Shown here piece after piece: positions 13,418-29,052 of a stretch of DNA of 64,000 nt. How positions within the stretch are numbered: position 1 is the stretch's first letter; every line of letters begins with the position of its first letter. The stretch is from Octopus vulgaris (lineage: Eukaryota), in contig OX597830.1 in NCBI GenBank assembly GCA_951406725.2, forward strand, positions 9,610,001 to 9,674,000. The letters run 5' to 3'. The notes beneath the pieces were generated by a model. That model was not told where the DNA came from. It saw nothing but the letters and a program-made list of their open reading frames with translations, and did no database searches. Position numbers and translations under genes: made by a program.

Positions 13418-15270
13418 AATTATGCCCACCATTGTGAGTGTGTGTGTGTGTGTGTGTAGGTGTTCTGTACGTTTGTGGTATAATTCTCTGGTTAATCGTT
13501 TTAAATCACTTCATGATAGTGCCTGATAATAGATACACAAAAACGCAATGTGGCCATCGATCCAATCGGGCGATCACGGATTTGATATTTTCTATGAGAT
13601 AAACTCACAAGAAAATTTTACAGAACATCACCAAACACTTTAACTTGGTTTTACGAATGTTCTGAACCGTTTTTGATCAATTAAGCAAAATAAATCGGTG
13701 GTGAGGATGTCTAAGGAAAAGGGACACCACCCAAATGGTAACTGGTTTTCGGCTTAAAAGAAATCAATTTAAACTTGCTAAATTGATATTCGAAGTGGTT
13801 TATGTGATTGGAGATATAATTTCGAAGTGTCCATGATGTTATAGTGAGGATCTAATCAAAGATTTTGCAATTAAAAAAAAAATAGGAGAAAACTTCTCGA
13901 ATATAAAGTGGAAGTCTACAAAACTAAACACTATTTTCCGTCCAACTGCTAGTTTTGTCTCAGTTTAAAAGTTACTGATTTATTTTATAATACACTGTTG
14001 TTTATATTTTGAATTGCACATATATATATGGGGTCTCCAAAACCTCAAAACCTTTTAAGTGCTTAGGGCCTCAGTGAGTCATAATCCAACCCTGAATGGA
14101 CTCCATGTTAATACTAAGAATATATTTATCCGCGGAACTATTCGGCATAGTGAAGTCGTTCGTTAATAGCATGAAAGTTATCTTATAGCTTTGGCGACGG
14201 AGTATCTAAGGTTTTTCCATCTTTATTGGAGGCAAGGAGCATTACTCGTTTGTTCAAATCCTATTCGGCGTCTTATCATTCTGCTTGTCTGATATCTTCC
14301 AATTCTCACGGGACGGCGTATATGTTCGCACCACCCGACATGGTGGTATTATTGTATAACTTAGCCAGCCTGTGTGTTAAAAACTAAATTAACTCTTGTT
14401 TTTCTCGGGGAGGATGTTATTTTCAGATTGCGTTGTACGCAACTCACATTATTCACACACATGGAGACATTCGGCGAGTTTGGTGGATCATATTCTCCAA
14501 ACTATGTACAGAGTTTTCCCCAAAGCAACAATAGAAAGAAAATTGAGATTGTGACACAGGATGCTTCACACCCTCTTTCAATTTACTATTGATGGCTCCA
14601 CACGCAAACGGGTAGAAAATTTGAGATATCTGGGTGTGAAATCATAACTAAGAATTTATTCCAAAATGTCAAGAATAAGTGAGAATCTATAACGAATGTG
14701 ATGAGTAATCTCAGGAACGGAGACAGGAGGAGCAAAACCCTTCACCAAACACCAAGTTCAGAGTCTCACGAGCGTGCGACCGCAAAGCAATTTTATAAGT
14801 TTGCAAAACATTTTTCAAGTATGTTTTTTATTATTTATCTTTTACTTGATTTTATACTTGGACTGCGGCCATACTGGAGTACCGCCAAGTTCGACAATGC
14901 CTTTCCATGAAAATTTAACGCAGGGATTTGAACTTTTGGGGTCGATAAAAAAAAAAAGAACCAACAACGGGCGTAGGCGTGACTCGAATTAACATCACCA
15001 CCCGTCACAATGTGTTTCATTTAGCAGAGTCCACTCTGTTTGTAGACAACTGCGTCAAGTTTCAAGTTTGAAGATATTTCTTAAACTATTCTTGGAGGCT
15101 CTCGAGCGGATCATAAACAGTGGTTTACCATAAAAAATTTTTAAATGATGGGGATTAGAGGATGGGAAAAAATTCATTTCACTATCGAAGACTCTATGAA
15201 AGCAGAAATGGAATTTTAGGGGTATTTTTATTCCATCAATCAACCATACTCTCCACCATCTGTTCTTCTT

Positions 15271-15351
<81 letters not shown>

Positions 15352-15439
15352 TATATATACATATATGCATGCATGTACACTTACATACGAATATATATAT
15401 ATATGCATATATATATATATATATATATATATGCATATA

Positions 15440-15496
<57 letters not shown>

Positions 15497-16711
15497 CACA
15501 TATAGAATTATAGAGACATTGAAAGATAAAGTGTTAGGGAGAAAGAGAGAGAGAGAAAGTGAGAGAGTCTGCGTGTGTGTATGTGTGCGCATGCGAGAGA
15601 CATATTGAACGACAATCAATAATTGCGAAAGGACCAAATGCAAGGGAAGTATTGATCTTTTAATGTATCAAGACATAATGAAACAATCGAATTAAGAGAA
15701 TATTTAATGGATTATGAAGGTGGTGGTTGATTACACGATTGATAGATCACCGCCTCGGGGACACAGGGAGAAAGAGAGAGGAGGATGCCTAACATCCATA
15801 GCTGGTCAGAGAGGGCGGTGGAGTGGCGCGCGAAAGAGAGGCTGGTAGTTTGTACCTGTTGGTTGCCCCCTGGCGGATAAACCGTTGGTTAGAAAAGGGA
15901 AGGAACTGAATGCTAGAACGACAAACCTCGCATTAGGTCAATCAAATTACGAGGTGAACGCTGAACGGATTCCGATAATAGAAATAGATTCATCCTTCGA
16001 TACGGCCTTACTTGGTTACCATGGTTAAACACAGATGTAGCAGTGGGGTGTAGGGGCTCGTGTTTGTGATTGGAGGGCTGTTTATCGACAACCAACGACT
16101 CCCACACAATTACTTTACCACCGACTGCTGGATTACGTAATGTTCCGTAAGTTGGTGCAAGTACTCAACCAGCAGAAAGGAAGCGGAGAAATGATACGAT
16201 TAACGTGTTTATCAGGTTGATATCTATTTATGCACGGGGTGTTTATACATATACACTTCTAAGCCTATATGTAAGAGTGCGTATATATATATATGTATGT
16301 GTGTGTGTGTGTGTGAGTGTGTGTGTATAGATTTATCAATGTATATTTAAGTTAGTGTATGCCTGTGCGTATGCGTGTATGTGTATATACATGTGTTTAT
16401 ATATTTTTATGTACTATGCATGCATGTATGTATGTTTGTATCTATCTATCTATCTAGCTATATGAATATACATATGTATGTGCGTATGTGTGCATACACG
16501 TGCGTATGTGTGCATGTACGTGCGTGAACGCATGTACATTAGAACGTATATGGTGTGTGTGTGCGTATGTTTGTAAATATATGTATGTGTGTATGTGCAT
16601 GTGTACACCTGTATGGTTCATTTCACTTATTGAGATGTTATCACATTATCCTGTTTTTCTCTTCCGTTCTCCCCACCTTCAGTCTACCACACACACACAC
16701 ACACATACACA

Positions 16712-16770
<59 letters not shown>

Positions 16771-17000
16771 ACTTTCTCTATCTCACTGGTTCTCTCTCTC
16801 TCTCTCTCTCGCTCCGTCTCTCCTCCCACTTCTATTCAGATATTGTTGACAAAAATTATTGACAAATTTAGCGGGAAATTTTATTACGACTTCTCAGTAA
16901 CTTAATTATATACATAGGGAATTATATTTGCATTTTTCTCCCCACCTTTCTCTCTCTCACTCTCGCTCTTTCTCTCTCTCTCTATCGCGCTCTCTGTTTC

Positions 17001-17149
<149 letters not shown>

Positions 17150-17653
17150 AAACATTCAACTTTATTTTGTTATACATATTTATATATAAATATATATATC
17201 TATGTATATATGGGTGTGTGTGTGTATACATATATATCTGTCACTGTGACTGAGTGTATGTGCATGCGTACATGAGTGTACGTGTGTATGCATGTATGAT
17301 AATGCATTTTAAACATACGTACGAATATATGAGTATGCTTACGTTTGTGTATAAATCAAAATTATGCAATATCATGACCGTGAGTTTATGTACTTATGCA
17401 TGTATATGCATGTACTAAGCATCATGCAAATATAACATATAAACATACACGTATATATTCATATGAATATATTTATGTGTGTCTGTGTGTAAATACATTG
17501 ATACATACATACATATATATATATATGTACGTGTGTGTGTGTGTGTGTATGGATGATGCTCAATTTTAGGTCCAAAAATTATATATATATGCACAATGTA
17601 TAAAAGTAATTTAAATGATACGCAGCATACCTACAAACAAATTTATATAAACC

Positions 17654-17694
<41 letters not shown>

Positions 17695-17783
17695 CCCCAC
17701 CAACACATATATTCATATTCGCCATGATAGATCGTAAGCCACTACACATTCTTTATTTTCTCTCCTTGTTATTATCTGTGTTC

Positions 17784-17819
17784 CTTTCTGTGAAAGAGCG
17801 TAGGCTCGAAACGTTAAAG
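17784..17819 (+). ncRNA. Minimal hammerhead-like motif (family A', A6U core)
   Basis: CTTT-CTGTGAA-A-GAGC-GTAG-GCTC-GAAAC-GTT-AAAG within the repeat at 17720-17910. Confidence 0.55.
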
Positions 17820-17913
17820 ACTTTTTCACTTCCCGAGCGTTAAACTAATACATCTGTTTGTTGTCTACACCACCTGTCTTCGTCTTTTGTTTTTTATGTG
17901 AATTCTCCCTATT

Positions 17914-18012
<99 letters not shown>

Positions 18013-18118
18013 TAACAATTGAGAATAAAATCTTTAAAAGAAATTATCAGTAGTCAGCGTGAAAAACCTCGTAAGAGAAAAAATTCGTAAATTCTTCCTC
18101 TTTTAAAAATATTCATTT

Positions 18119-18558
<440 letters not shown>

Positions 18559-18727
18559 TACACTGAAATAGCTGGATATTCCGTTGTAGCCAAACAGATA
18601 TTAGTTTCCTCATGCTATATCTTTCAAGCTATGACCCTTAGTAGTGCTTGCCTGTATTGGATATTAACAAAAGTCTATTGTCATATTAATGGACATATGC
18701 AGGTGCAGCAATGGATCTCGCCTCATT

Positions 18728-18769
18728 TTGCCTGAAGAGCCAGGTTATGGCGAAATGAATAGTTTGTAA
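18728..18769 (+). ncRNA. Hammerhead-like motif
   Basis: CTGAAGA-GCCA-GGTTA-TGGC-GAAA, with weak stems I and III. Short inverted repeat GCTGGATATTC (~18570) / GAATATCCGGC (~18780) around it. Confidence 0.55.
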
Positions 18770-18861
18770 TCTGAAAGTGAATATCCGGCTCTTTAGAAAT
18801 AATGTATTGAAGTAATCCGTGTACAAGTATTGAATTATCGTTTTATATAAGGTGACTCATT

Positions 18862-18902
<41 letters not shown>

Positions 18903-18958
18903 TACTTATATATATATGTACATGTATTTATATATACATACATGCATACATACATACA

Positions 18959-19043
<85 letters not shown>

Positions 19044-19857
19044 GTTGTATATTATATCGTTGCAATGACTTCTCTTTCATATTCTCGCTCACTCGCTATC
19101 TATATATGTGTGCCTGTGTGTGTGTGCGTTTGTGTGTCTTTGTGCGAGTGTGCGTGTGTGTGTGTGTGTGTGTATGTGTTTGTGCAATTCCGGCGTAGTT
19201 TGAAAATGTGTATACACAAACATACAAATATATATATCTGTATATATGAATATATATACACATGTACATAAGCAAATATATTATATGTATACACGTATAT
19301 GCGGATATATACTTATTTATATGTATAATATATACTAGGGACTGCTGAAAAGTTCCTGACTTTAAGAGTATTGTCAAATGGTTAATTGGAGGTCCAAACT
19401 TCCGAGTTCTTTTACAGGGTTTAAAAAAAACTAAAGGAGAGGAAAACATCAGAGTTTAACTGATCTTCCTGCATCTTTTTATATCCGAAGCTAGGATTTG
19501 AAGCCATAGCATAAAGACCTAAAAGAAATGCCTTTAAGTATTTCGTCCTCCCTTTTCTTCTCCTCCACCCTCGTCCTATGTTTTTCTTTTTTTTTTACTT
19601 TAATACTGTGGTTTCGTATATGTAGGAACTCAAGGGATATTTCCATACTGACCTGCGACAATCTTAGTTTTCTCGGCCGCTACATACGAATTACATTTAA
19701 CAGCACACCGGAACTTTCAGAGCGGAAATCTCACTGTAGAAGTCGTAATCACAGAAAAAGATGGCGCCCAGGTTTTTCGTCAAAACCTGGAACCAAATTC
19801 GAAAACCATATGGTGTTTGGTTGGCAATCTCTGAGGGCTGTACCAAGACACCAATAA

Positions 19858-19904
<47 letters not shown>

Positions 19905-19940
19905 TACGTACATATATATACGTACATATATATATATACA

Positions 19941-19991
<51 letters not shown>

Positions 19992-20040
19992 ACATATATA
20001 TATATATATATATATATGTATACATATATATATATATATG

Positions 20041-20101
<61 letters not shown>

Positions 20102-20639
20102 GTGCACACACACACATACATACACACACATATATGTATTTATATATATATGAATGTACGTATATCGAAAGGCAGTTATAGATACTTTTAAGCTAAGAAT
20201 ACAGATATTTATCTCTACGAATATATTTGAAGATTTATATAAATACACATGTGAAGGAAGAAGAAATCTAGCTGTTCATTTAACTACATTTAAAGGAACA
20301 CCCCGATCCCTACTAAAACAAAAAAGAAGAAAAAAAAAAAAAGAAAAGCAATCCTTAATCTTAAATTACGGGTCTGTAGTGTCGTTATTCCCGATGGATT
20401 GTTTCCTTCTCTTAAAGAATAAGACTGCAAATCAATGTTCGGTTTCCGCTCTCAGAAAGCGCTTCAACAACAATCAATGGCTTTAGAAGTATCTATTACG
20501 GAGTCTGCTCAGGATGTCGTAGACGAGCATATGTCATTTTGCCCTTTGCCGATGAAACAGATATCCCCTGAGGCTATCATTGGGCTACACTACACATACA
20601 CACACATACGCGCGCACACACACACACACACACACATAC

Positions 20640-20701
<62 letters not shown>

Positions 20702-20778
20702 ATATATACATATATATATATTTATATATATTCATATGTATGTGTAAATATATATGTGTATATGTGTTTATGCATACG

Positions 20779-20833
<55 letters not shown>

Positions 20834-20917
20834 ATATATATTAACATCAATTATGTATTACACCACTTTGACCGCTTTACAGAACCTCTACCTAGATAAC
20901 CATTGGAACTTTATACT

Positions 20918-20963
<46 letters not shown>

Positions 20964-21040
20964 CATCTATCCATCCATCCATCCATCCATCCATCCATCT
21001 ATCTATGTATGTATATATCTATTTATCTATCTGTCCATCC

Positions 21041-21116
<76 letters not shown>

Positions 21117-21872
21117 GTCTGTCTATCTATCACTCTTTTCCTTTCTCTCTCTCTCTCTGTCACTCTCTCTCTCTATCATCAATATCTATATGTTGTGTGT
21201 ATGTGTGTGTGTGTGTTTAGATTATGTTTGTACGCAACATCCGGTTGTAGGCCGTGGTCTGGTATTTCCAGGCTTCCAAGCTAGCGATGAATATGGAATA
21301 ACCCCTTAGCCACTATTATTCCAAGATCTACTCTGAAGCAGAGTAGCAGCTCCGGTCAGGGGTCCAGCTGTGGATTAAACAGCATGTTATGGAAGAACCT
21401 CTCAGCATAAACCTTGACTGCCTTATGGGTGCTTTAGGAAAGGGAAAAGCTTGGAGAGTGAACCACGACAGCAAATCAAAGCATGAGATGCTTTCTTTGA
21501 TACCCTTCCAGCAAATCCGGGGTAGGTAGAAATTTCCATCTTTGCCATTCACTTGGGGGAAAGTCTCTGCTAGAAAGCCTACAGCAAGCTGTAACTGTTC
21601 AGACCTCCAATTCTAATGAGCAGGATCGGGTTGCGCAGACTGACTCTCACTTTGAAACAATTGAGCGCTGGCACAAGAAACGATAAAAAAACTGCAGCGC
21701 CAAGGATCGGTTTACGTAGACACTTGAGGGTGTGCCACTCTTTCTCATGATCCGTGGACACAAAGGAACTGCTATACTTCATCATCCTCACCACCACTAC
21801 CGCACGCTCACCCATACATATATCTCTTACTTAACCCTAATCACACACACACACACACACACAAACACACAT

Positions 21873-22012
<140 letters not shown>

Positions 22013-22019
22013 TATATAA

Positions 22020-22245
<226 letters not shown>

Positions 22246-22326
22246 ATTCGAGACAAAACCACTATTTTGCAAAACAAACAAGGAAGGCAAACTTCATAAC
22301 TTAAAACAGATTAGGAGATCGAAAAT

Positions 22327-22369
22327 CCACCTGACGAATGTCATTGAAGACATGAAACGATTGTAGTGG
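22327..22369 (+). ncRNA. Intact minimal type-I hammerhead ribozyme
   Basis: CCAC-CTGACGA-ATGTC-ATTGAA-GACAT-GAAAC-GATT-GTA-GTGG: canonical core, stem I CCAC/GTGG, 5-bp stem II, GUA cleavage triplet. Confidence 0.85.
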
Positions 22370-22569
22370 CGGATTTCTTTATATTAAAAATTTTTATGTA
22401 TTGATTAAGTTTTTCCTTGTTTGGTTTGCAAAATAGTGGTTTTGTCTCTAATTAATATTATATAATATTTTACTATAAAATTGGATTCAATCCTAAATCT
22501 GATTTTTCCCTGTAAATTTGGATTTATTCCCTAATATTTATTATTATATATATATATATATATATATAA

Positions 22570-22790
22570 ATTATATGTTAATGTTTTGGCGTAGCCAGTC
22601 ATGAGAACTTCGCCTAGCAAATTATTTTATTTGCTAATTAGAGTTCGGAATCTAGATATGGCTGTAAAAGACCAAGTAAAATTTTTTTTTATTTTTCATT
22701 CCTTTCGAAATTGCTCTAAAATGTGATTTTGGTCGTCTTGACTGCTAGTTCTACCATGTAAGGCTGCCTGTTAAAGATCGCCTCTATTGT
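22570..22790 (+). repeat. Repeat with decayed hammerhead; homologous to 56580-56790 (minus)
   Basis: AGCCA-GTCATGA-GAACT..AGAGTTC-GGAA-TCTAGATA-TGGCT. The 56.7-kb copy keeps CTGATGA at the equivalent position. Both share the TAGCAAAT/ATTTGCTA hairpin. Confidence 0.6.
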
Positions 22791-22804
22791 GTTTAAATGT
22801 AAAC

Positions 22805-22860
<56 letters not shown>

Positions 22861-22986
22861 GAATTAGAGATAAAACCAATATTAGGAAACTCAAACAGTG
22901 ATAGACATGAACCTAAATCTAATTTTTCCCTGTAAGTTTGGAGCCATACTCCCTAATATTATTATCATTATGATATATATATACAC

Positions 22987-23090
<104 letters not shown>

Positions 23091-23436
23091 TTGTATTCAT
23101 GCATGTATACGTCGTTATTGAACTCTCAACACTTCGATGAATGAAGGTTTAACCAATACACAGCTGCATAGCTTCTTTATTTCCGTATTTTGTCTTATAG
23201 TCTCAAGTGGGAACTTAGACCTGCCTGGGATTTCTAGATCTGTTTGAAAACGTTGCAGCAATTGTCTACAACCGATGAAGATGTGTTTGCGTCCCCGTAA
23301 CTTGGCCGTACTAAGTACTAAGCTTAGAAAGAATAAGTCCCGGAGGTCGAATTGTTCAACTAAAGGCGGTGCTCCAGTATGGCCACAGTCAAATGACTGA
23401 AACAAGTAAGAGAATAAAAGAATAAGTATGTGTACG

Positions 23437-23815
23437 GAAGCACTCCGACGGTTACGACGACGAGGGTTCCGGTTGATCCGAATCAACGGAACAGCCTTCT
23501 CGTGAAATTAACGTATAAGTGGCTGAGCACTCCACAGACACGTGCACCCTTAACGTAGTTCTCGGGGATATTCAGCGTGACACAGAGAGTGACAAGGCAG
23601 GCCCTTTGAAATACAGGTACAACAGAAACAGGAAGTAAGAGTGAGAGAAAGTTGTGGTGAAAGAGTACAGCAGGGATCACCACCATCCCCTGCCGGAGCC
23701 TCGTGGAGCTTTAGGTATTTTCGCTCAATAAACACTCACAACGCCCGGTCTGGGAATCGAAACCGCGATCCTATGACCGCGAGTCCGCTGCTGTAACCAC
23801 TGGGCCATTGCGCCT
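23437..23815 (-). mobile_element. tRNA-derived SINE (third family)
   Basis: Minus head GGCGCAATGGCCCAGTGGTTA..GGACTCGCGGTCATAGGATCGCGGTTTCGATTCCC with A and B boxes, followed by a unique body. Confidence 0.75.
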
Positions 23816-24364
23816 CCACTAATAAGTATATACAAAAACAAAAAAAAAAAGAAACAGAATCAAAATTTAAAAAATTTTCACATAAACGCTTCTGGGTCTC
23901 CCAAATCAAGCGATATATCAAATAACTGTTTTCCCCACTTCTTATAGCTTTTAGGGAAGCTCGGCAGCAAGCAAGTATAAAATTTAAATATTTGCTAAAT
24001 ATTTCTCTCAATTCAGGAATGGCCGCCTCGCCCCCCCCCCCATTCTAGACACTTCCTTGTTACTTGCATCACATTTATCAGTCCCGTTGAAGTTGAAGGT
24101 TATACAATAAGCAGCCGAGCTGAAACAATGTTGACTAGTATTAATAAGTAAGGATATAGAGTTGTTGTGAAAACACGGTTTGTCTTTAATTATTGAGCCA
24201 TTAGTTATCTAGGGCAAGTGAGATGCTTTCTATTCACGTGCATATGTTTCGTATTTGGGACAAACCCCTAACCCTAACGCTGACACCAGCCTGCCAGGAA
24301 GAGGAGGATACGTAAGAGCTAGATAAATATAAATATATGTATGCAAATATACATACATACATGC

Positions 24365-24423
<59 letters not shown>

Positions 24424-24749
24424 CAAAATGGGACAAGAACGCAAAACATTCAAATAGACGATACAAAAAACGGATGGGTCATTCGAAGCCTCTAATCTTC
24501 AGTCAAGAACCGGATCATCCTTGCAATGTCGGTTGATTAATCTTGAGTTTGCTCCGATCTGGCCAGCCCCAAGGAAAAACTAAGCTACGAGCATTAGTTT
24601 TCTTGGAAAAAGGGTCGAATGTATACGAAACAAGGACAGAAAAACGGACGATGTTACACGAATATAAAGACAAAAAACATACATACATACATACATACAT
24701 ATATAGATGCATACACACATACATACACAACCGTGCACACACAAACACA

Positions 24750-25132
24750 TGTGGGTGCAGGCGTGACTGTGTGATAAGAAGTTTATTTCCCAACTTCATG
24801 GTTCCTAGTTCAGTCCCACTGCATGGCACCATGCATAAGCGTCTTCTACTATAACCTCGAGCCGGCCAAAGCCGTGAGAGTGGATTTTGAAAACAGGACA
24901 AGTAAACACAGAGACAAGACCCCTCATCCGTTGTCGGCTGTTTATCTTCTCATTTCGAGCATTCATACGACGGGCTTCTTTCAGTTTCCGTTAACCAAAT
25001 CCACTCACAAGACTTTCGCTGACCCGAGGCTATAGTAAGAAGACACTTGCTTAAGGTGCCACACAGTGGGGCTGAACCCAGAACCATGTGGTTGGGAAGC
25101 AAACTTCTTACCACACGGCTACTCCTGAGCCT
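24750..25132. mobile_element. Two dominant-SINE 5' halves in inverted orientation
   Basis: 24750-24890 on plus and 24965-25132 on minus, both homologous to the SINE head. Confidence 0.75.
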
Positions 25133-25364
25133 ATATGGTATGTTGTATATGTGAATATGAAAGACTGCTTGGAAACACAAGACTTGACATAAATAAGCTT
25201 CCCCGTTAATCGTGTTTTCACAGCACCGAACAAGCAATAGTACGTATTTAAATATGGCGCATGTTATATAAATTATATTCATCCTGCAATGGATGGAGTA
25301 CTGTTTTATTGATCGCTGTAAGCTATTTCTCTCCCTCTCTATTATAAATATTACATTCCTTTCT

Positions 25365-25570
25365 ACAATTGGTACAAGATCCGACAATTTTGTAAAACAC
25401 GAATATCGATTATATCGGCTCATGTTCTCTGCTAGTACTTTCTTTGATCGGCCCAGAAAGGATGAAAGGGACAAAGTTGAGCTCGGCGGAATTTGAACTC
25501 AGAACGTAGAGATGAGCGAAATGACTCTAGACATTCTCTCCATCGTGCTAACTATTTTGCCAGCTCTGCG
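25365..25570 (-). mobile_element. Meta-like SINE, diverged
   Basis: GAAAGGATGAAAGG.CAAAGTTGAGCTCGGCGGAATTTGAACTCAG on plus. Confidence 0.65.
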
Positions 25571-25575
25571 CTTTA

Positions 25576-25647
<72 letters not shown>

Positions 25648-26473
25648 GTGTGTGTGTGTGCATGTATATGAATATGCATATATATATGTATATATGTATT
25701 TATATCTATATGTATATATGTATATGAATATCTATCTATCTAAATATATACATGCATGAATAGATGCTCAAATATATATATAGATATATAAGTGCATACA
25801 TCTATTTATTCCTCACTGTATATATATATATGTATATGTGTGTGTGTGTGTGTGAATATACATGAGAGTGTGTGTGTGCTCGCGTGCTTGTGAGTGCGTG
25901 GACGTGTGCCCATTCCGAGTATACATTGGTTAATGTGTATCAGAGTCAGAGGGTGAGATGACATCGTTATGTGGTTACTTTAAGTCTTTTGAAGCCATTC
26001 TCAGAGTAGTGTTTTCATAATGCAGTCTATTCTGGTACAAATGTATTATAAACAGGTTTCCCAAGATAGAACAAATGATAATAGCGTGTGTTATATTGTT
26101 ATTAATATATATTTTTAGCGGGTGGGCGGCTGGCAAACAATTCGGTCATTTGTTCGTGTTTGAAAACTCGCTTAGTAAAATCTATATATGTCTAACAATG
26201 TATAGAGACAGTTGAAGTATGTGACACCGTCTTCTAAAATAAGGAAAGTGGCAGGCGGCAGACCGACCAGCTAGAAATAACAGTGAAATTATACCAAATG
26301 CCCTGAATGAAGAAGTAAATATATTAGGAAGCAGGTCGTATGATCTCTTATGAGTTTTATATGAATGACGAAGCCAGTCAATTTGGCTTGTAATTCTAGC
26401 ATCTTCGGAGATTATAGGGGTTATCCATAAAGATCTTTGCTGAGAGAGACATTAAGGATATAATATATTAAGC

Positions 26474-26514
<41 letters not shown>

Positions 26515-27175
26515 TACCTCTGCAAGGGTACTTATTCATAATTAAGGTTATAGACATTTTAGGGTATCCATTGTTATGTGTCTATATAAAAGAAGTAATA
26601 AGGTTTTAATATGTAGCATATATATCTACACTTCCTTTAACGTTGGTCCAGTCCACTCAGCTGGCAAAAATGATTTGTACCAGGAATTCAAACGGACAGT
26701 CTTGCGACATTGTGCATCACACTGGATATCTCTTAGAGCTACATTAATGGCTCGCGTGTCTGTGGACTGGTCAGTCGCTTGCATAATAATTTCTTGAGCA
26801 GACTACTCCGTTGATCCGATGAAGTGGAATCCTCGTCGTTTAATTGACGGAGTGCCAGTTTTTTTTTATTATATAGGTGGATGTAAATATGTGAGCATCT
26901 TTGTATGGATGTATATATGTACACATAATCTCACCAGTACATATACATTCATATACATGCATACATAAGTATATTCTATAATCACACGCACACTCAATCA
27001 CAGACACAAAGACATACAGATATATATATATATATAGGGAGATGTACTCGCATAGCAAGTGATTTGATCTGAGATCGTGTGCTGGAACAAAAACAATTGC
27101 AGCGTGGAAGGTGTTTGTAAGCCATTTAAGAAACGCACAAAAGCCGTTCGATTCACTTCAACATTTAAGTTTAAT

Positions 27176-27223
27176 TTGTCAAAATATTTTCGTCACTAAA
27201 ATCCGCGACCTGCTCACTGACAA
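27176..27223 (-). ncRNA. Hammerhead ribozyme variant with G3:C8 core
   Basis: Minus strand TTGTCA-GTGAGCA-G-GTCGC-GGATTTTA-GTGAC-GAAA-ATAT-TT-TGACAA: 6-bp stem I, 5-bp stem II, palindromic AATATT helix III. Confidence 0.7.
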
Positions 27224-27316
27224 AAATCCACGCTGCAATTGTTATATATATATATATCCCCACAAATTTCAGGCCGTGTGCTTTTATCAGAAAGGGTTAT
27301 TACAGTCATTTATACA

Positions 27317-27530
27317 GGCGGTGAGGTGGCAGAATTGTTAGCATTCCGCACGAAATGCTTAGCTGTATTTCGTCTGTATTTGCGTTGTGATTTCAGATGC
27401 CACCGGGGTCGACTTCGCCATACATCCTTTCTGGGTCGATAAATTAAGTGCTAGCTGCGCACTGAGGTCGATATAATCGACTGGCCCCCTGCCACAAAAT
27501 TTCAGGCCTCGTGCGTATAGTAGAAAGGTT
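27317..27530 (+). mobile_element. Meta-like SINE, full length, with apparent target-site duplication
   Basis: GGCGGTGAGGTGGCAGAA head; flanked by the direct repeat TTATTACAGTCATTTATACAG. Confidence 0.8.
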
Positions 27531-29021
27531 TATTACAGTCATTTATACAGCATATTCTCTTTACATCTCTGACCGACATATGTTTCGGTCGCATGGACAT
27601 ATGTTTCGGTGCTATGTGATCTTTGTATCCAGCTGGTTCAGCTGCATTCACATTTGATCCTGGTTAAAGACGTAACCAAGAAACATTATTCAAGGTGGTC
27701 CCGCTATTGAGTTCTCTTTAAACTTTAATAAAACTACAAGTATAGGGTGTAGAATATTGGTTTAAAAAGCTCTTCGATGGATAAAAGACGAAGGTTACAC
27801 GTGAGATTCAAATCCTAATCGTCTGTGACATGCTCGCCATTAAACCAAGTTAACCTATCGATTATCTTCCATCCGTTTTAGCAGTTTTGCTTTTACCAAC
27901 GAGAATCGTAAAATGCTAACATTCTAAGAATGTAGAATGTTCGAGCCAATTAAATTTAATTATATTTTTTTATTGCTTAACTCAAAGAAGATTGACTAGC
28001 AATGAAGTAATGATATTGAACCAGTACGTGTGATATTATTGGCTTAATGACCCTCCCAAGATACATAAAAGGATATTAAGGCAGAAATAATAGCGTATAG
28101 ACTGCAAGGTTGAAAATATGAGCTTAAATAGATAAAATACGAAGGCTATCTGTTGGACTTGAACCCACCTCTTATGTGAACATGACAAACGTGTTAGCAA
28201 TTGTAACGAAGCAACACCTCGAACTTCCTCTATCCATCACCCAATGAAATTTTCAATCCAATATTCTACACGCTGTTATTTATAGTTTTATCTATTCCGA
28301 GTTCCCACCGTTAACAAATATAATTAAATTTAATCCTCTCGGAGTTTCTAAATTCTTGCTATTCTCGCTGGTAAGAATAAAGCTTATAACATTGAATGAG
28401 GCTTCATACAGGTATATCAAATACCATTACAATATGATCATATTATTCTCATTATCTCCACTTCTTGACGATGTATCACAATTGCCAAATAGCAACTAGG
28501 AAGAGCTCTCCTTGAGAAGGGAAGATAATGTATATATGTATGAATATATGTATATCATTATTCAGTTTATTTCAAGATTTCTTGCCAATAGAGAAAGAAC
28601 CGGTTTCTAACCAACATCCAAGGCTCCTTCATTGGAATTTCAACAACAAGGTATTTTTGTTTATATATATATATATATATATAGTATATAATTGTTTCCA
28701 CGCCTGCTAGATAAGTTATTTTTGTCTCATTTTGTCTAAAGTCATAAGACACCTGCTGTTAGCCATTCTTGTTTTTAATTCTGTTTTCGGTTTTGTATTT
28801 ATACTCGTCTCTGTTGCGTTTTACATTCGTTCCTTTTAACAAGAGATCTAATGCTCACAGCTTAGTTTTTCCTTGGGGCTGGCCGTGTTGGAGCAAATAT
28901 CAGAATTAATCAGCCGAAATTTGCTATGATGATCCGGTTTCTGACTGAAGATTAAAGGCTTCGAATGACCTGTCTGTTTTCTGTGTTCGTCTCTTTATAT
29001 ATAAATTTTTATTCCTATATA

Positions 29022-29052
<31 letters not shown>

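Noticed and set aside
21290-21730. Possible host exon
   Set aside because: No consistent ORF with splice sites; more likely an old LINE 5' region, but this could not be verified.
27790-28220. Two tRNA-like stretches on minus (~27792-27855 and ~28144-28218)
   Set aside because: Only a T-arm-like GGTTCAAGTCC is recognisable; no full cloverleaf could be drawn.
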